Positions 1 through 9,541 of a stretch of 64,000 nucleotides of DNA are shown in pieces. The notes under the pieces were generated by a model. That model ran no database searches and had not been told where the DNA came from. It was given only the letters and a program-made list of their open reading frames with translations. The DNA comes from Nitrospirota bacterium (GTDB taxonomy: Bacteria; Nitrospirota; UBA9217). The first letter of the stretch is position 1. Every line of letters starts with the position of its first letter. The stretch is from NCBI GenBank assembly GCA_963818475.1, contig CAWFSF010000006.1, positions 1,824,001 through 1,888,000 of the forward strand. Reading direction: 5' to 3'. The translations under genes were made by a program, and so were the position numbers.

Positions 1-690
1 GCCGATGATCGCCGCCGGCCGGCCGCTCAAGCCCTTCACGTACCGCGCATGGAGATAAGCGCCGTAATAGAACCACATCAGCGTGGCCCAAAGCTCCCGC
101 GACGTCCAGAGCCAGTAGGTGCCGTAGGCAACGAAGAACCAGACGCTGCCGACGACCAGTGCTACAGAGAGCAGGATCCAGCCATGGACCGCCCCGCGGT
201 ACTGAAGGGACTCGTGCTCGTTCCTCCCCGAAAGGAGGTACAGCAGACCGATGCAGGCGGAGATGCCGAATAGCGCATAGCTCGTGAAATAGAAAAAAAT
301 ATGCAGGAAGAACCACGGCGTCATCAGGAAGGGGGAAATGGTATTGATCGGTTCATAAAAGAACGCGACCAGCAGCGTCGTGGCTATCAGCGGCAGGGCA
401 AGGTCTCGCAACCGCTGCATATCTTTCCGTCGGGAAAAATACCAGTAGATGAGCGCCATGGCAAAGGCGAAAAAAGAGATATTGTCGTGCTTTTCAGTGA
501 GCGGAATTGTTCCGATCGTCAGCCCCCGTTGGACCAGGCTTGCGACGTGAGCGATGACGCCAGCCACGAACAACCCCTGCCCCAGACGCCCCTCCATGAG
601 ACCCATGATGTAGAAGGCCGCGGGGATAAGCAGCAGCACGATCGTGATTATGGATTGTGTTTCCTCTCCGAGCGGAAGCGAACAGAACAT
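1..690 (-). CDS. ccsA: Cytochrome c biogenesis protein CcsA/ResC-like (system II heme lyase), variant WWD motif; 3' end runs off the window
   Basis: Manual translation from ATG at 690 (not in the ORF track, no stop in the window): several TM helices, PWFFLHIFF, GSVWFFVAYGTYWLWTSRELWATLMWFYYGAYLHARY (canonical WGxxWxWDPKE...YLH). Confidence 0.85.
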   Translation of the reverse strand, partial: MFCSLPLGEETQSIITIVLLLIPAAFYIMGLMEGRLGQGLFVAGVIAHVASLVQRGLTIGTIPLTEKHDNISFFAFAMALIYWYFSRRKDMQRLRDLALPLIATTLLVAFFYEPINTISPFLMTPWFFLHIFFYFTSYALFGISACIGLLYLLSGRNEHESLQYRGAVHGWILLSVALVVGSVWFFVAYGTYWLWTSRELWATLMWFYYGAYLHARYVKGLSGRPAAIIG

Positions 691-723
691 GCAATTCCTT
701 TTCAGTCCGGGTGTGAGTCTGGA

Positions 724-1110
724 TCAGTCGTCAAGCAGTCCGCGCTGCCGCATGTCGCGCAGCAGCCCTGCCCAGAGCCAGACGCCGGCGATCATCATCC
801 CTGCGGCAATGACATACTTGGCGATCAGCCCCGCCTCATGATGAAGCTGAACAGCGTTGGCCCATTCAAAGCTTCGGAATGTCAGAACCCGGGGTATGGC
901 GCTGACAATGATCCAGGCAACGGAGAACCAAAGCAGACGGATCGTGTTCTTCGCCAGCTTCCGGACATACCCCAGAGTTGCACCATCGCTCCCCGCTTCC
1001 ACCCTTCCGAGCACCAGCCGCATGGCGATGGCGGTGGCGAGCAGCATGGACGTCGCCACATCATGAAAATAATTGTTCATCAGGATGAATACTGCAAAGG
1101 AAGGACTCAT
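724..1110 (-). CDS. Small His-containing integral membrane protein, hypothetical
   Basis: About 128 aa ORF with 3-4 hydrophobic segments (NNYFHDVATSMLLA...), co-oriented between the radical SAM gene and ccsA. Confidence 0.75.
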   Translation of the reverse strand: MSPSFAVFILMNNYFHDVATSMLLATAIAMRLVLGRVEAGSDGATLGYVRKLAKNTIRLLWFSVAWIIVSAIPRVLTFRSFEWANAVQLHHEAGLIAKYVIAAGMMIAGVWLWAGLLRDMRQRGLLDD

Positions 1111-1177
1111 GCACACTCCAAATAACTCATTGTGGTAAAAACAGCAGAAGCTGAACTCCTGCCGGGGAGAAGTCTTT

Positions 1178-1228
1178 ACTCCTGACTCCGCTGACTCCTG
1201 ACTCCTGACTTCTTACTTTTTACTTCTT
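1178..1228. repeat. Degenerate heptamer tandem array (ACTCCTG)n
   Basis: actcctg-actccgctg-actcctg-actcctg-acttctt-acttttt-acttctt, directly after and overlapping the radical SAM stop codon. Confidence 0.75.
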
Positions 1229-2569
1229 GCTTCCCGCTATTTCACCCGTGCGTTTCATCTCTTCCCGCTCGCGGGCGAACTGTTTGAACGCCCTGCCCTG
1301 CGGGAACTGGACCATCCAGGATGTGAAATGGCTCATGGGAAAACCTTTCCATGATATCTGCCTGATGCGGTCCAGGATCTTCGGCACCGTGAACAGGTCG
1401 GACCTGAGCTGGACGATCGCATCCTCCCGCTCGAAAGGCGTCATCGTGGGATGTTCGTAGGTCGCGTGGTTCCCGTCAAAACTGTCCCAGTCCAGGCCGG
1501 GCAGAAGATGGGGTTTGTAAAGATCGTACAGGTCCGTGCCCGGGAAGGGCGTGGTCATCACGGGATGGGCCGAGACCTTGAGTTCGTCGCAGAGTTTGCT
1601 GATGCCGTCGAAATCCCCGCGGACGTCCTGCCTGCCGCCGACCATGATGAAGAGCATCACTTCGATGCCGTGGTCCCGTATCTTCTTTATGGCGTCACGG
1701 CGCTCACGGCCCTGTTTGTTCACAGCCTTGTATTCCTTGAGGCTCTCGATATTGTTCGATTCCCAACCCACGAGCACGGCCGTGAGACCGGCTTTGCGGG
1801 CATTGTCCAGCAGTTCGTGCGACCGGGGATGCTGCACCGAGGTGAGGTCTCCGGAACCGAACCACCATTTTCCCCTTATGTTCCTGCTCATCTCCCGATA
1901 GAGCTCGATGGAGCGGTCAACGTTCACCCCCCAGATGTTGTCGTCGATGCCCCAGAACAGATGCCGTTTGCTGGCGGCAACCTCCTCGACAACATCTTTG
2001 ATCGGACGCATGCGGACCTTGCCGCCGAAGAACTTGTGCACGGAACAGAAGGAGCAGCTGAAGGGACAGCCGCGCGACGTCTGAAAATATCCATAGACGT
2101 ACTTCGTGTTCCAGAGGTTGGTGACCGGACGGGGCATACTGACGAGGTCGTGGAACGTGCCGTTATACACTGGCTGCAACCGGTTTTTCTCGGCGTCCTC
2201 CAGCAGGCCTTTCCAGATATGCTCTGATTCGCCGAGGACAACGGCATCGGCATGCGCACCGGCCTCCTGAGGAAGAGCGGTCACATGCATTCCGCCGAGG
2301 ATGACCTTCTTCCCCATCTCGCGCAGGCGGTCTGCCGTGCGATAGACCCAGGGTGCCTGCGGCGTAAGCACCGTGAAACCGATCAGGTCGGCATCAGCTC
2401 TGGCGGGGTCGAAGGACTCCTTGTTCGCATCGATCAGCTGGACCTCGACATCCGGCCTGACCTGGCGGGTAAGGCCGGTCATGTACTCGAGAACGGGGGG
2501 TGCAATGGGGAGGCCTTTTGACTTCTGGCCCTTTTCGCCAAAAGGCGGGGAAATGAGCAGTAATTTCAT
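1220..2569 (-). CDS. Cobalamin-binding radical SAM protein (class B methyltransferase-like)
   Basis: N-terminal B12-binding domain (VILGGMHVT...VVLGESE) followed by SRGCPFSCSFC (CxxxCxxC); 449 aa. Confidence 0.92.
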   Translation of the reverse strand: MKLLLISPPFGEKGQKSKGLPIAPPVLEYMTGLTRQVRPDVEVQLIDANKESFDPARADADLIGFTVLTPQAPWVYRTADRLREMGKKVILGGMHVTALPQEAGAHADAVVLGESEHIWKGLLEDAEKNRLQPVYNGTFHDLVSMPRPVTNLWNTKYVYGYFQTSRGCPFSCSFCSVHKFFGGKVRMRPIKDVVEEVAASKRHLFWGIDDNIWGVNVDRSIELYREMSRNIRGKWWFGSGDLTSVQHPRSHELLDNARKAGLTAVLVGWESNNIESLKEYKAVNKQGRERRDAIKKIRDHGIEVMLFIMVGGRQDVRGDFDGISKLCDELKVSAHPVMTTPFPGTDLYDLYKPHLLPGLDWDSFDGNHATYEHPTMTPFEREDAIVQLRSDLFTVPKILDRIRQISWKGFPMSHFTSWMVQFPQGRAFKQFAREREEMKRTGEIAGSKK

Positions 2570-2680
2570 CGCAATGCAGAAGATTAACTATGTGACAGGA
2601 GGCGCAGAATCAAATGGGAAGCGATCACGGGCCGTTCTTTATTCCCATTCTGAAAACCTTGCGATCCTGTCAAATGAAAA

Positions 2681-3121
2681 TCAAAGCTCCTCACAAAATG
2701 TTTTTATTTTTTCGAGCACGCCGTCAGCTTCCTTCTGGTTCAGCTTTTCCACGACACTGCTCTTTGAGACCGTGCTCATGATCTTTCCCGGGATCTCGTA
2801 CGTGATCTCGACGGCAAGGTCCGTGCCGCCGTTCGCCGGTGTGAACGAGTAGCTCTCCTGGATGGGAAAGCTTCCCTCCATTTTCATGCCGAACTTGCTG
2901 TTTTTGACATTCTCCGTAACATGACCCTTACCGCTGAATGTTATACCGAGCATCCGGTATTCCCAGACGAACGTCGTCCCTGGTTCAACATTTGGGGACG
3001 AGAGGTCCCTGACATCGGTCAGGCTCGTCACATACCGGGTCCAGTTGCCAGGGCTGGTCACGAACTGAAAGACCTTCTCAACGGGAGAATTAATGGACAC
3101 CTTCTTTACGATATTCGCCAT
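2681..3121 (-). CDS. SRPBCC/START (polyketide cyclase-like) family protein
   Basis: VSINSPVEKVFQFVTSPGNW pattern, 146 aa, AAGGAGG RBS. Confidence 0.85.
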   Translation of the reverse strand: MANIVKKVSINSPVEKVFQFVTSPGNWTRYVTSLTDVRDLSSPNVEPGTTFVWEYRMLGITFSGKGHVTENVKNSKFGMKMEGSFPIQESYSFTPANGGTDLAVEITYEIPGKIMSTVSKSSVVEKLNQKEADGVLEKIKTFCEEL

Positions 3122-3159
3122 TGCCGTATCCTCCTTGTGCGGTTCTATTGATAGATGAA

Positions 3160-3188
3160 ATTATAGTATAAACACTACGAGATTACAA
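3160..3188 (-). promoter_or_regulatory. Putative sigma70 promoter of the SRPBCC gene
   Basis: TTGTAA-17 bp-TATAAT on the minus strand. Confidence 0.55.
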
Positions 3189-3225
3189 CAGGTTGTTTCG
3201 GACCGCAATACGAAAGGCTGCACAA

Positions 3226-3852
3226 TCAGCCTTTTTTCTGCAGCATGGTCTTCACGCGTTTCAGACGGTAGAACGATTCCCGTTCCCGCTCGCCGATATA
3301 CTGGTTGATGGTCCTGATCTGAAGGCGCAGGGTGGGCACGACCATCTCCTCAAGGACCTTGATCCTTCTCGTGGTCCGCAGGATCTCCTGGCTGAGCCGC
3401 TTTAATTTGCTCTCGTACTTCGCGATCTCCAGCATTGATTCCAGCAGCTTTTCAAAGAGCGTAACCCCGGCCGCAAGGTGAGGCGTCACCGAAAGTTCGT
3501 CGTAGCCGCGCTTGTCCGCATCGCGCACCGGTGCATCATGGTAGGCAATATCCTTGTACCGGAGGCCCCAGATGCTTTTTTCCGCCACATCGATCCCGAA
3601 TTCACGCTCTGTCGCAACCACGATCGATTCTACCGCATCCTTGCCCTCATGACCCAGGGCAAGCGCCCGTTTGAGCAGCGCCTTGCCATAGGTCGTCCTG
3701 ATCTCCTCCCGGGACCGCAGGAACGGCAGCGTCGTGGCCAGGAATTCCTTTATCAGCGCTTGTTTGCGCGCCTTCAGGATACTGATGCTGTTGAGGACCG
3801 ACCGGGACTTTTCTTTCAACAGCAGCAGATTCGTTCTGGTAGGATGGATCAT
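3226..3852 (-). CDS. atpD: V/A-type ATP synthase subunit D
   Basis: PTRTNLLLLK N-terminus, TTRRIKVLE, ERERESFYRLK. Confidence 0.95.
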   Translation of the reverse strand: MIHPTRTNLLLLKEKSRSVLNSISILKARKQALIKEFLATTLPFLRSREEIRTTYGKALLKRALALGHEGKDAVESIVVATEREFGIDVAEKSIWGLRYKDIAYHDAPVRDADKRGYDELSVTPHLAAGVTLFEKLLESMLEIAKYESKLKRLSQEILRTTRRIKVLEEMVVPTLRLQIRTINQYIGERERESFYRLKRVKTMLQKKG

Positions 3853-3862
3853 ATCGCTCCGC

Positions 3863-3980
3863 GATAATTGGAAATTGGAGATTTTAAATTTAAAAATGTA
3901 AATTGTTTAAAATAGAAACTATGCCCGCAGGGCATACCGCCAATTTTAAATTTCCAATTTTCACTTTCCAATTTTCAATC
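3863..3980. repeat. Inverted heptamer-array element with a central hairpin
   Basis: Left arm (AAATTGG-like)n, right arm (CAATTTT/CAATTTC)n, central TATGCCC-GCA-GGGCATA at 3920-3936. Confidence 0.8.
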
Positions 3981-3989
3981 GGTATTTCT

Positions 3990-5318
3990 TTACGTAACCG
4001 CCAGCGAGAACTGCTTCATCAGGCGCAGACCCACATCGAGCGTCTCGTGCACCGTACGCCTGGTTGTCCCCTGGCCCACAAATTCGTGCTCAAAAACATC
4101 TGCGAAATCGAGCATCAGGATATCTGCTTTGGTCATGCCATCCCTGCCGACAATGGCCTCGAGCCGCCGCAGATCCCTGCCCTTGGCATAGTATTTATAC
4201 AGATTGTTCGACACTTTCCGGTGGTCCGCTCGGGTATGCCCTTCGCCGATGCCCTTCTGCATGAGTCGGGAAAGGCTTGGCAGCACGTCCATGGGCGGAA
4301 AGATCCCCTTCTGATGCAGTTCCCGGCTCAGCACGATCTGTCCCTCGGTGATGTACCCCGTCAGGTCCGGGATGGGGTGGGTGATGTCGTCCTCGGGCAT
4401 GGTCACCACCGGCAGCATGGTGACCGACCCCTCAAGCCCGTAAATCCGGCCCGCCCGCTCGTAGAGCGACGCGAGATCGGAATACATGTAGCCCGGGTAG
4501 CCGCGCCTGCCGGGCAGTTCTTCGCGCGCCGTCGATATTTCACGCAGGGCGTCGCAGTAGTTGGTCATGTCGGTGATGATGACGAGGACGTCCATGCCCT
4601 TGTCGAAGGCAAGGTACTCCGCAACGGTCAGCGCGAAGCGGGGCGCCAGAAGCCGCTCCATGACCGGTTCATCGGCCATGTTCACAAAGGCCACGAATCC
4701 CGACTGCATCTCCTGCAGCACGTTCAGGTAGAAGGAATATTCGTGAAACGTCAGTCCCAGCGCCGCAAAGACCACGATGAACTTCTGCTCCGCCTTGGCA
4801 AGCCGGGCATTCCGCAGGATGCCGCCGACCACCTCCTTGGAAGGCAGGCCTGCTGCGGAGAAGATCGGCAGTTTCTGGCCGCGCACCAGCGTGTTCAGTC
4901 CGTCGATGGGTGAGAAACCGGTCTCGATGAAGTCTTCCGGCCGGGCCCGGGCAGAAGGATTCATAGGCGAACCCGTGATCGGCTTCCAGAGCTCCGGGAT
5001 ATAGAGGGGCATGCCGTCCTTGGGTTCGAAGGAGCCGTTGCAGATCCTGCCGATGATATCCGGTGACAGCGGCACGCGCTTGATAGCATCGGTAAAGACC
5101 ACGCTCGTACGGTCTACATCTAGGCCCTGGGTGGATCCGTAAACCTCGACCAGGGTCGTGTCGCCGTCTATTTCGAGCACCTCGGCCTCCATCCGTCTGC
5201 CGTCAGGAGCGATGACGTTCACGACCTCGCCGATCCGCACGTTCTGAACGTTCTGCACAAAGAGCAGCGGGCCCGCAATGGTCGTTGTGGTACGATAGAT
5301 GTGTTCGGAAAGTCGCAT
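3990..5318 (-). CDS. atpB: V/A-type ATP synthase subunit B
   Basis: IAGPLLFV, RGQKLPIFS, DMTNYCDALREIS, PGRRGYPGYMYSDLA, DDITHPIPDLTGYITEGQI; start placed at MRLSEH (ATG 5318). Confidence 0.97.
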   Translation of the reverse strand: MRLSEHIYRTTTTIAGPLLFVQNVQNVRIGEVVNVIAPDGRRMEAEVLEIDGDTTLVEVYGSTQGLDVDRTSVVFTDAIKRVPLSPDIIGRICNGSFEPKDGMPLYIPELWKPITGSPMNPSARARPEDFIETGFSPIDGLNTLVRGQKLPIFSAAGLPSKEVVGGILRNARLAKAEQKFIVVFAALGLTFHEYSFYLNVLQEMQSGFVAFVNMADEPVMERLLAPRFALTVAEYLAFDKGMDVLVIITDMTNYCDALREISTAREELPGRRGYPGYMYSDLASLYERAGRIYGLEGSVTMLPVVTMPEDDITHPIPDLTGYITEGQIVLSRELHQKGIFPPMDVLPSLSRLMQKGIGEGHTRADHRKVSNNLYKYYAKGRDLRRLEAIVGRDGMTKADILMLDFADVFEHEFVGQGTTRRTVHETLDVGLRLMKQFSLAVT

Positions 5319-5374
5319 GACAATCTCCCTGATGCTCGATGCAGAATCCAGGAGCCTCTTAACTATAAACAGCC

Positions 5375-5518
5375 TTTGACATACATAACATCGGATAAAA
5401 TCCCGATAACTGCGGATTGTTTCGGACAGAGATCTCACCCTCTTGATGATAGAAGTATCTTTTTGTTTTATTGCTTTATCCGCTTTTATCCGTGTTAATC
5501 CGCTTCTTCAGTGTCCAA
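5375..5518. repeat. Inverted roughly 10-bp-period array element (CGGATAA core), between atpB and atpA
   Basis: Left tttgacat...cggataaaat-cccgataact-gcggatt; right ttatccgc-ttttatccgt-gttaatccgc-ttcttcagtgtccaa. Confidence 0.75.
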
Positions 5519-5559
5519 GATGTTTTCTGGACTTATGAGCTTACCAACTTTATTCTGTA

Positions 5560-7184
5560 TCAGCCAACCGTTTTCATCGCGTCTTCCAGCCCCACTCCCT
5601 GTTTCAGCAAGGCTGCTGCGGATTCGTGGAGGTCCAGAAGCCGCTTGATGATCGCCAGCGTCTTTTCGGGCGGCGAGAAAGCGTCGTCGCTGTATGCGTT
5701 CTGCTGCAGGAACTCGGTGCGGATCATTTCGGCAATCCGCATCAGCAGGCGGTCCGCATCCTGCAGCCCTTCAGCCCCCACGATCTCAGAGACCTCGCGG
5801 AGCGACTCTTCCTCCTGCAGGATCTGGCGGCATCGCGCGAGCAGACGCGTCCCACTCCGAAGAGACCTTTTTTTTGTAATGCGTTGCCACGTCTCCGGCA
5901 TAGAGCGAGTAGCTCTGGAACCAGTTGATCGCCGGATAATGCCTGCGGTGCGCCAGGGAGGTGTCGAGCATCAGAAATGCGCCGGTCGTGCGCAGACAGG
6001 CCTGGGTCACCGGCTCGGTGAAATCTCCGCCCGGCGGTGAGACTGAAAGGATCATGCTGAGCGAGCCGATCCTGTTGTTCAGGGTCTCGACCACGCCGGA
6101 CCGCTCGAAGAACGCGGACAGCCGCGACGCAAGATACGTGGGATAGCCCTCTTCGCCGGGCATCTCTTCCAACGAGGCTGAAATTTCGCGCAGCGCCTCG
6201 GCCCATCGGGAAAGGCTGTCGGCAAGGAACAGCACATGGTAGCCCATATCGCGGTAGTACTCCGCCATGGTGACGGCGGTATAGATCGACGCCTCGCGCG
6301 CAGCCACGGGCATGTTCGACGTATTGACCACGAGCACCGTGCGGTCCCGGAGCGGCCTGCCGCTCCAGGGGTCGCGCAGCTCCCCGAACTCGGCGATCAT
6401 GTCCGCCATTTCGTTGCCGCGCTCGCCGCAGCCGACATAGACAACGATATCCACGTCAGCGAACTTGGCCACCGACTGCTCGAGGATCGTCTTGCCCGTG
6501 CCGAATCCGCCGGGGAAGATGGCGGTCCCGCCGCGCGCCAGGGGGAACAGAAAATCGATGCTGCGCTGGCCGGTCACGAGCGGCTCAGCAGGCGCGAACT
6601 TTCTCTTGTAGGGCCGCGCGAAACGCACTGGCCACTCATGGCAGCCCGGTATGTCCCGGCCGGACTCGAACTGCCCCAGCGGTTCGTCGAGGCTGATGTC
6701 TCCTTCGGTAAGCCTGGCGATCTTTTCACGGTCCCCCGAACCGCCGAGGATAAAGTGTTTGAATGCACCTTCCTGGACCGAGCCGATGATGGCGCCGGGC
6801 GTGATCAGTTCTCCCGGTTTCATCATCGGCGTGAACTGCCACCGCTTCATGTAATCCAGGGCGTACATTTCCTTGCCGCCGGTGATAAAGGGCCCCATTT
6901 CCTTTCTGAGCCGTTCGAGCGGGCGCTGGAGCCCGTCGAACATGCCCGACGAGAAGCCCGGGCCCCAGGCGCACCGTAAGCGGCATACCAACGCCCTTCA
7001 CCGGTTCTCCGACACCCAGGCCGCGCGTGTCCTCATAGACCTGGATCACGGCCCGTTCGCGTTCGAGACGAACGACCTCGCCCGTCAGCATGGCGTGGCC
7101 GACGTAGACGCGCTCGTACAGGGTAAGCCCCTTCAGGTCGGTCGTAACGGTAGGTCCTGATATTCCCTGGATTTTTCCACTCAT
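5560..7184 (-). CDS. atpA: V/A-type ATP synthase subunit A (two apparent frameshifts, ~6965 and ~5880)
   Basis: MSGKIQGISGP start; Walker A PGGFGTGKT, YVGCGERGNEM, NTSNMPVAAREAS, MPGEEGYP, PPGGDFTEPVT, FLQQNAY across three ORF pieces. Confidence 0.95.
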
Positions 7185-7224
7185 TGAGAGACCCCGTTGT
7201 TGTACTGATAATCTTAAACAAACC

Positions 7225-7364
7225 TTTTGACACGGATCAGATCTGATAAACATCGGATAAAATCGGATTTTCTCTTGCGGGAAAAGATTCACCTTTCTGA
7301 TGAGAATCTCACTTTTGATGTATCCGCCCTTATCATACGTTAATCCGATTCTTCCGTGTCCAAA
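7225..7364. repeat. Inverted roughly 10-bp-period array element, homologous to 5375-5518
   Basis: Left ttttgacacggatcag...cggataaaatcggat; right tatccgcc...taatccgattcttccgtgtccaaa; same outer ends as the element after atpA. Confidence 0.78.
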
Positions 7365-7398
7365 TGATTCGGTCACAACAATCTGTTCCCGGCCCCAG

Positions 7399-7737
7399 TC
7401 AGAGCTTCAACCGCACATGGTATCCAATGGCCCGCCTGATGAGGCGTGATGTGTAATCCTCTACATCCTCAGGCGGTTTTTCCGGCGCAGGCAGTACGAG
7501 CAGTATCCCGTGCCATCCTTGTTCCAGTTCCTGCACCCGTTCATACGACATCCCCTGCCCGTTCTGTGCCCGGCTCATCAGCCGTTCATCGATGATCACC
7601 AGGCCGACATCCGGATCGGTCATGCTCCTCTGCAGCGTTTCCTCGGCATCATCCGCCTCGACCGCAGCCTGGGGAAGACCGGTCAGGCTGAATCCGTAGG
7701 ACGCATCAGGAGGCGTTATGAACGATATCTTTTTCAT
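7399..7737 (-). CDS. atpF: V/A-type ATP synthase subunit F
   Basis: GFSLTG, VGLVIIDE, LIRRAIG; 112 aa; operon position. Confidence 0.9.
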   Translation of the reverse strand: MKKISFITPPDASYGFSLTGLPQAAVEADDAEETLQRSMTDPDVGLVIIDERLMSRAQNGQGMSYERVQELEQGWHGILLVLPAPEKPPEDVEDYTSRLIRRAIGYHVRLKL

Positions 7738-7756
7738 GGCCTATCAAAACCGATCT

Positions 7757-8722
7757 TCAGCTGACCAGCTCGTTCTCGATCACGTCCCGTTCCGCGTTTT
7801 TTCCGTAGAACAGGATGCTCAGATTCATCGCCTCCATGGAACAGCGCCAGAGGTAGTCCAGGATCGTTCCAACGCCAAGGGGATCACTTCCCTCCTGTTT
7901 GAGATACTGTGTCGTCGCCCTGTACAGGGCGTGCTCCACCTGGGAGGGGTCCTGCAGCTCTATCTTCACACCGGCATACTGCCTGATAAGCACGCCAGCG
8001 GCCAGAAGGTCCCTCCGCTGCTGGATCTGGACAAGCTGCTCCACCGGCAGACTGCCGAAGGCTATAAAATCGGGTGTGCTCACGGACTCCTGCAGCACGG
8101 AAACGGCAAGTCGTATAAGATTGCGGGCATCGATCATACGAACCATGAATGTTTTGATGAGCGGATGCAGTTTTTGCTGTGCCGCGTATTCGAGGAGAAG
8201 GTTGGTCAATCGACGCTCAACGCCCCGCAGCCCTTCTTCGGCAAAGTATTGCGGCAGGTCGGCAAAGGCCGGAGATAGTCTGCTGAAAATGCGACTGACC
8301 TCGTCAATGGCCGTCGAACTGTCTGTTGACGACAGGCAGGCCTTGCGTAGTTCGTTCGAGAGCAGACTTTCGGTAAAAAGCTCCTCCAGGCGCGCCGACT
8401 TCCTGTCCTTCATCCGCCGGAGGCAGATGCATATCGTTCTGAGCTCGGCATACAGGAAGAAGAGGCCGAATAGTTCCCTGAGGCGTCCGTTCATTTGCCC
8501 GTATACCCAGCGATATTCTTTCATCAACCGACGCCAGACCGCATCCGGAGAGGCTTCGACAACACCCCCGCGGGAGCGCGATGACAGGAGCGCCTCCAGC
8601 GGTGCAGCATCAAAGAGCAGGGTCTTCCAGTCCCTGATCAGTCCGGCCCTCCTGCCCCTGATCCTGGACAGCAGGTACACCGCTGGATAACCCCGGTCTT
8701 CAAGATCGAGTAGAAGTTCCAT
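7757..8722 (-). CDS. atpC: V/A-type ATP synthase subunit C (V0D/AC39 family)
   Basis: Y..SRIRG N-terminus, IDARNL, ILDYLWRCSMEAMNL; operon position; start MELLLD after GAGG. Confidence 0.88.
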   Translation of the reverse strand: MELLLDLEDRGYPAVYLLSRIRGRRAGLIRDWKTLLFDAAPLEALLSSRSRGGVVEASPDAVWRRLMKEYRWVYGQMNGRLRELFGLFFLYAELRTICICLRRMKDRKSARLEELFTESLLSNELRKACLSSTDSSTAIDEVSRIFSRLSPAFADLPQYFAEEGLRGVERRLTNLLLEYAAQQKLHPLIKTFMVRMIDARNLIRLAVSVLQESVSTPDFIAFGSLPVEQLVQIQQRRDLLAAGVLIRQYAGVKIELQDPSQVEHALYRATTQYLKQEGSDPLGVGTILDYLWRCSMEAMNLSILFYGKNAERDVIENELVS

Positions 8723-9278
8723 TGGCTGGCCTCTTTGATCAGCTCCGGGAGCATGGCTTCCCATGCGCGCTCCAGCCGTTTCTCGCAGGTATTGACGACC
8801 GTCACCAGACCGTCGTCACTGGTCACCTCCAGCCCGCCGGAGATCGTTTCCGACGCGGTTATCTTCGCGTTGGGGAAGTAATTTCCGTGCGCGTTCGACA
8901 TCGTCGGGGTTGCACCTTCACGCTTGCCCAGGTGAACCGCGGGAGTTCCTGCACCATGGCCTGAAAAGCCGCGTCGTATTCACCTTCTCTCAACATGCGG
9001 AGCCGGGATCCGGCTATCGCATAGAGAAGATCGGCAAGTTTTCGGTCCGCGGCAAGGCGCAGTCCCCGCTCTTTACTGCGCGTTTCCAGCAGGGCCTGCG
9101 ATCGGATCAAAGCCACTTTGGCCGCCATGATACGACCTGCCTCCTCTTTCGCCTGATCGATCTTCTGTGCGCAGGCTGCCCTGGCAGTATCAGCCTCTGC
9201 GCTCGCCTCCGACCAGACGGCATCCACCCGCTCGCTCGCGGCCGATCGCAGCGACTCGATCAGTTCCTTGCATCCCAT
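8638..9278 (-). CDS. atpE: V/A-type ATP synthase subunit E (frameshift ~8905; 3' end uncertain)
   Basis: Helical N-terminus MGCKELIESL, then ISGGLEVTS...VVNTCEKRLER in a second frame. Confidence 0.85.
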
Positions 9279-9279
9279 G

Positions 9280-9504
9280 TTACTTCACCGTAAAGAGGAT
9301 CATGGTCGCCACCACGAATCCCAGGATCACCATGGTCTCGGGAATGGCGACCAGGATCACGATGGTGCCGGTCAATTCCGGCTTTTCCGCCAGCGTGCCC
9401 GCGCCGGCCGCCCCGATCCGTGACTGCGCCCAGGCCGTTGCGATCGCGGGTACGCTGATGGCCAGGGCTGCACAAAATGCGATCAATACTTTTTCGTAGT
9501 TCAT
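9280..9504 (-). CDS. atpK: V/A-type ATP synthase proteolipid subunit K/c (single hairpin, 74 aa)
   Basis: AWAQSRIGAAGAG...AIPETMVILG with the catalytic Glu. Confidence 0.95.
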   Translation of the reverse strand: MNYEKVLIAFCAALAISVPAIATAWAQSRIGAAGAGTLAEKPELTGTIVILVAIPETMVILGFVVATMILFTVK

Positions 9505-9541
9505 AGGACCTCCTTTTATTTAATCCGGACAAGCCGGAACC

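Noticed and set aside
494-694. 66-aa minus-strand ORF and 274-aa plus-strand ORF (301-1125)
   Set aside because: Alternative frames over the ccsA-like gene, which the ORF track missed because it has no stop in the window.
5319-5438. N-terminal extensions of AtpB (and of AtpA at 7185-7376) given by the ORF track
   Set aside because: They run through the intergenic repeat elements; homologous sequence starts at MRLSEH and MSGKIQ.
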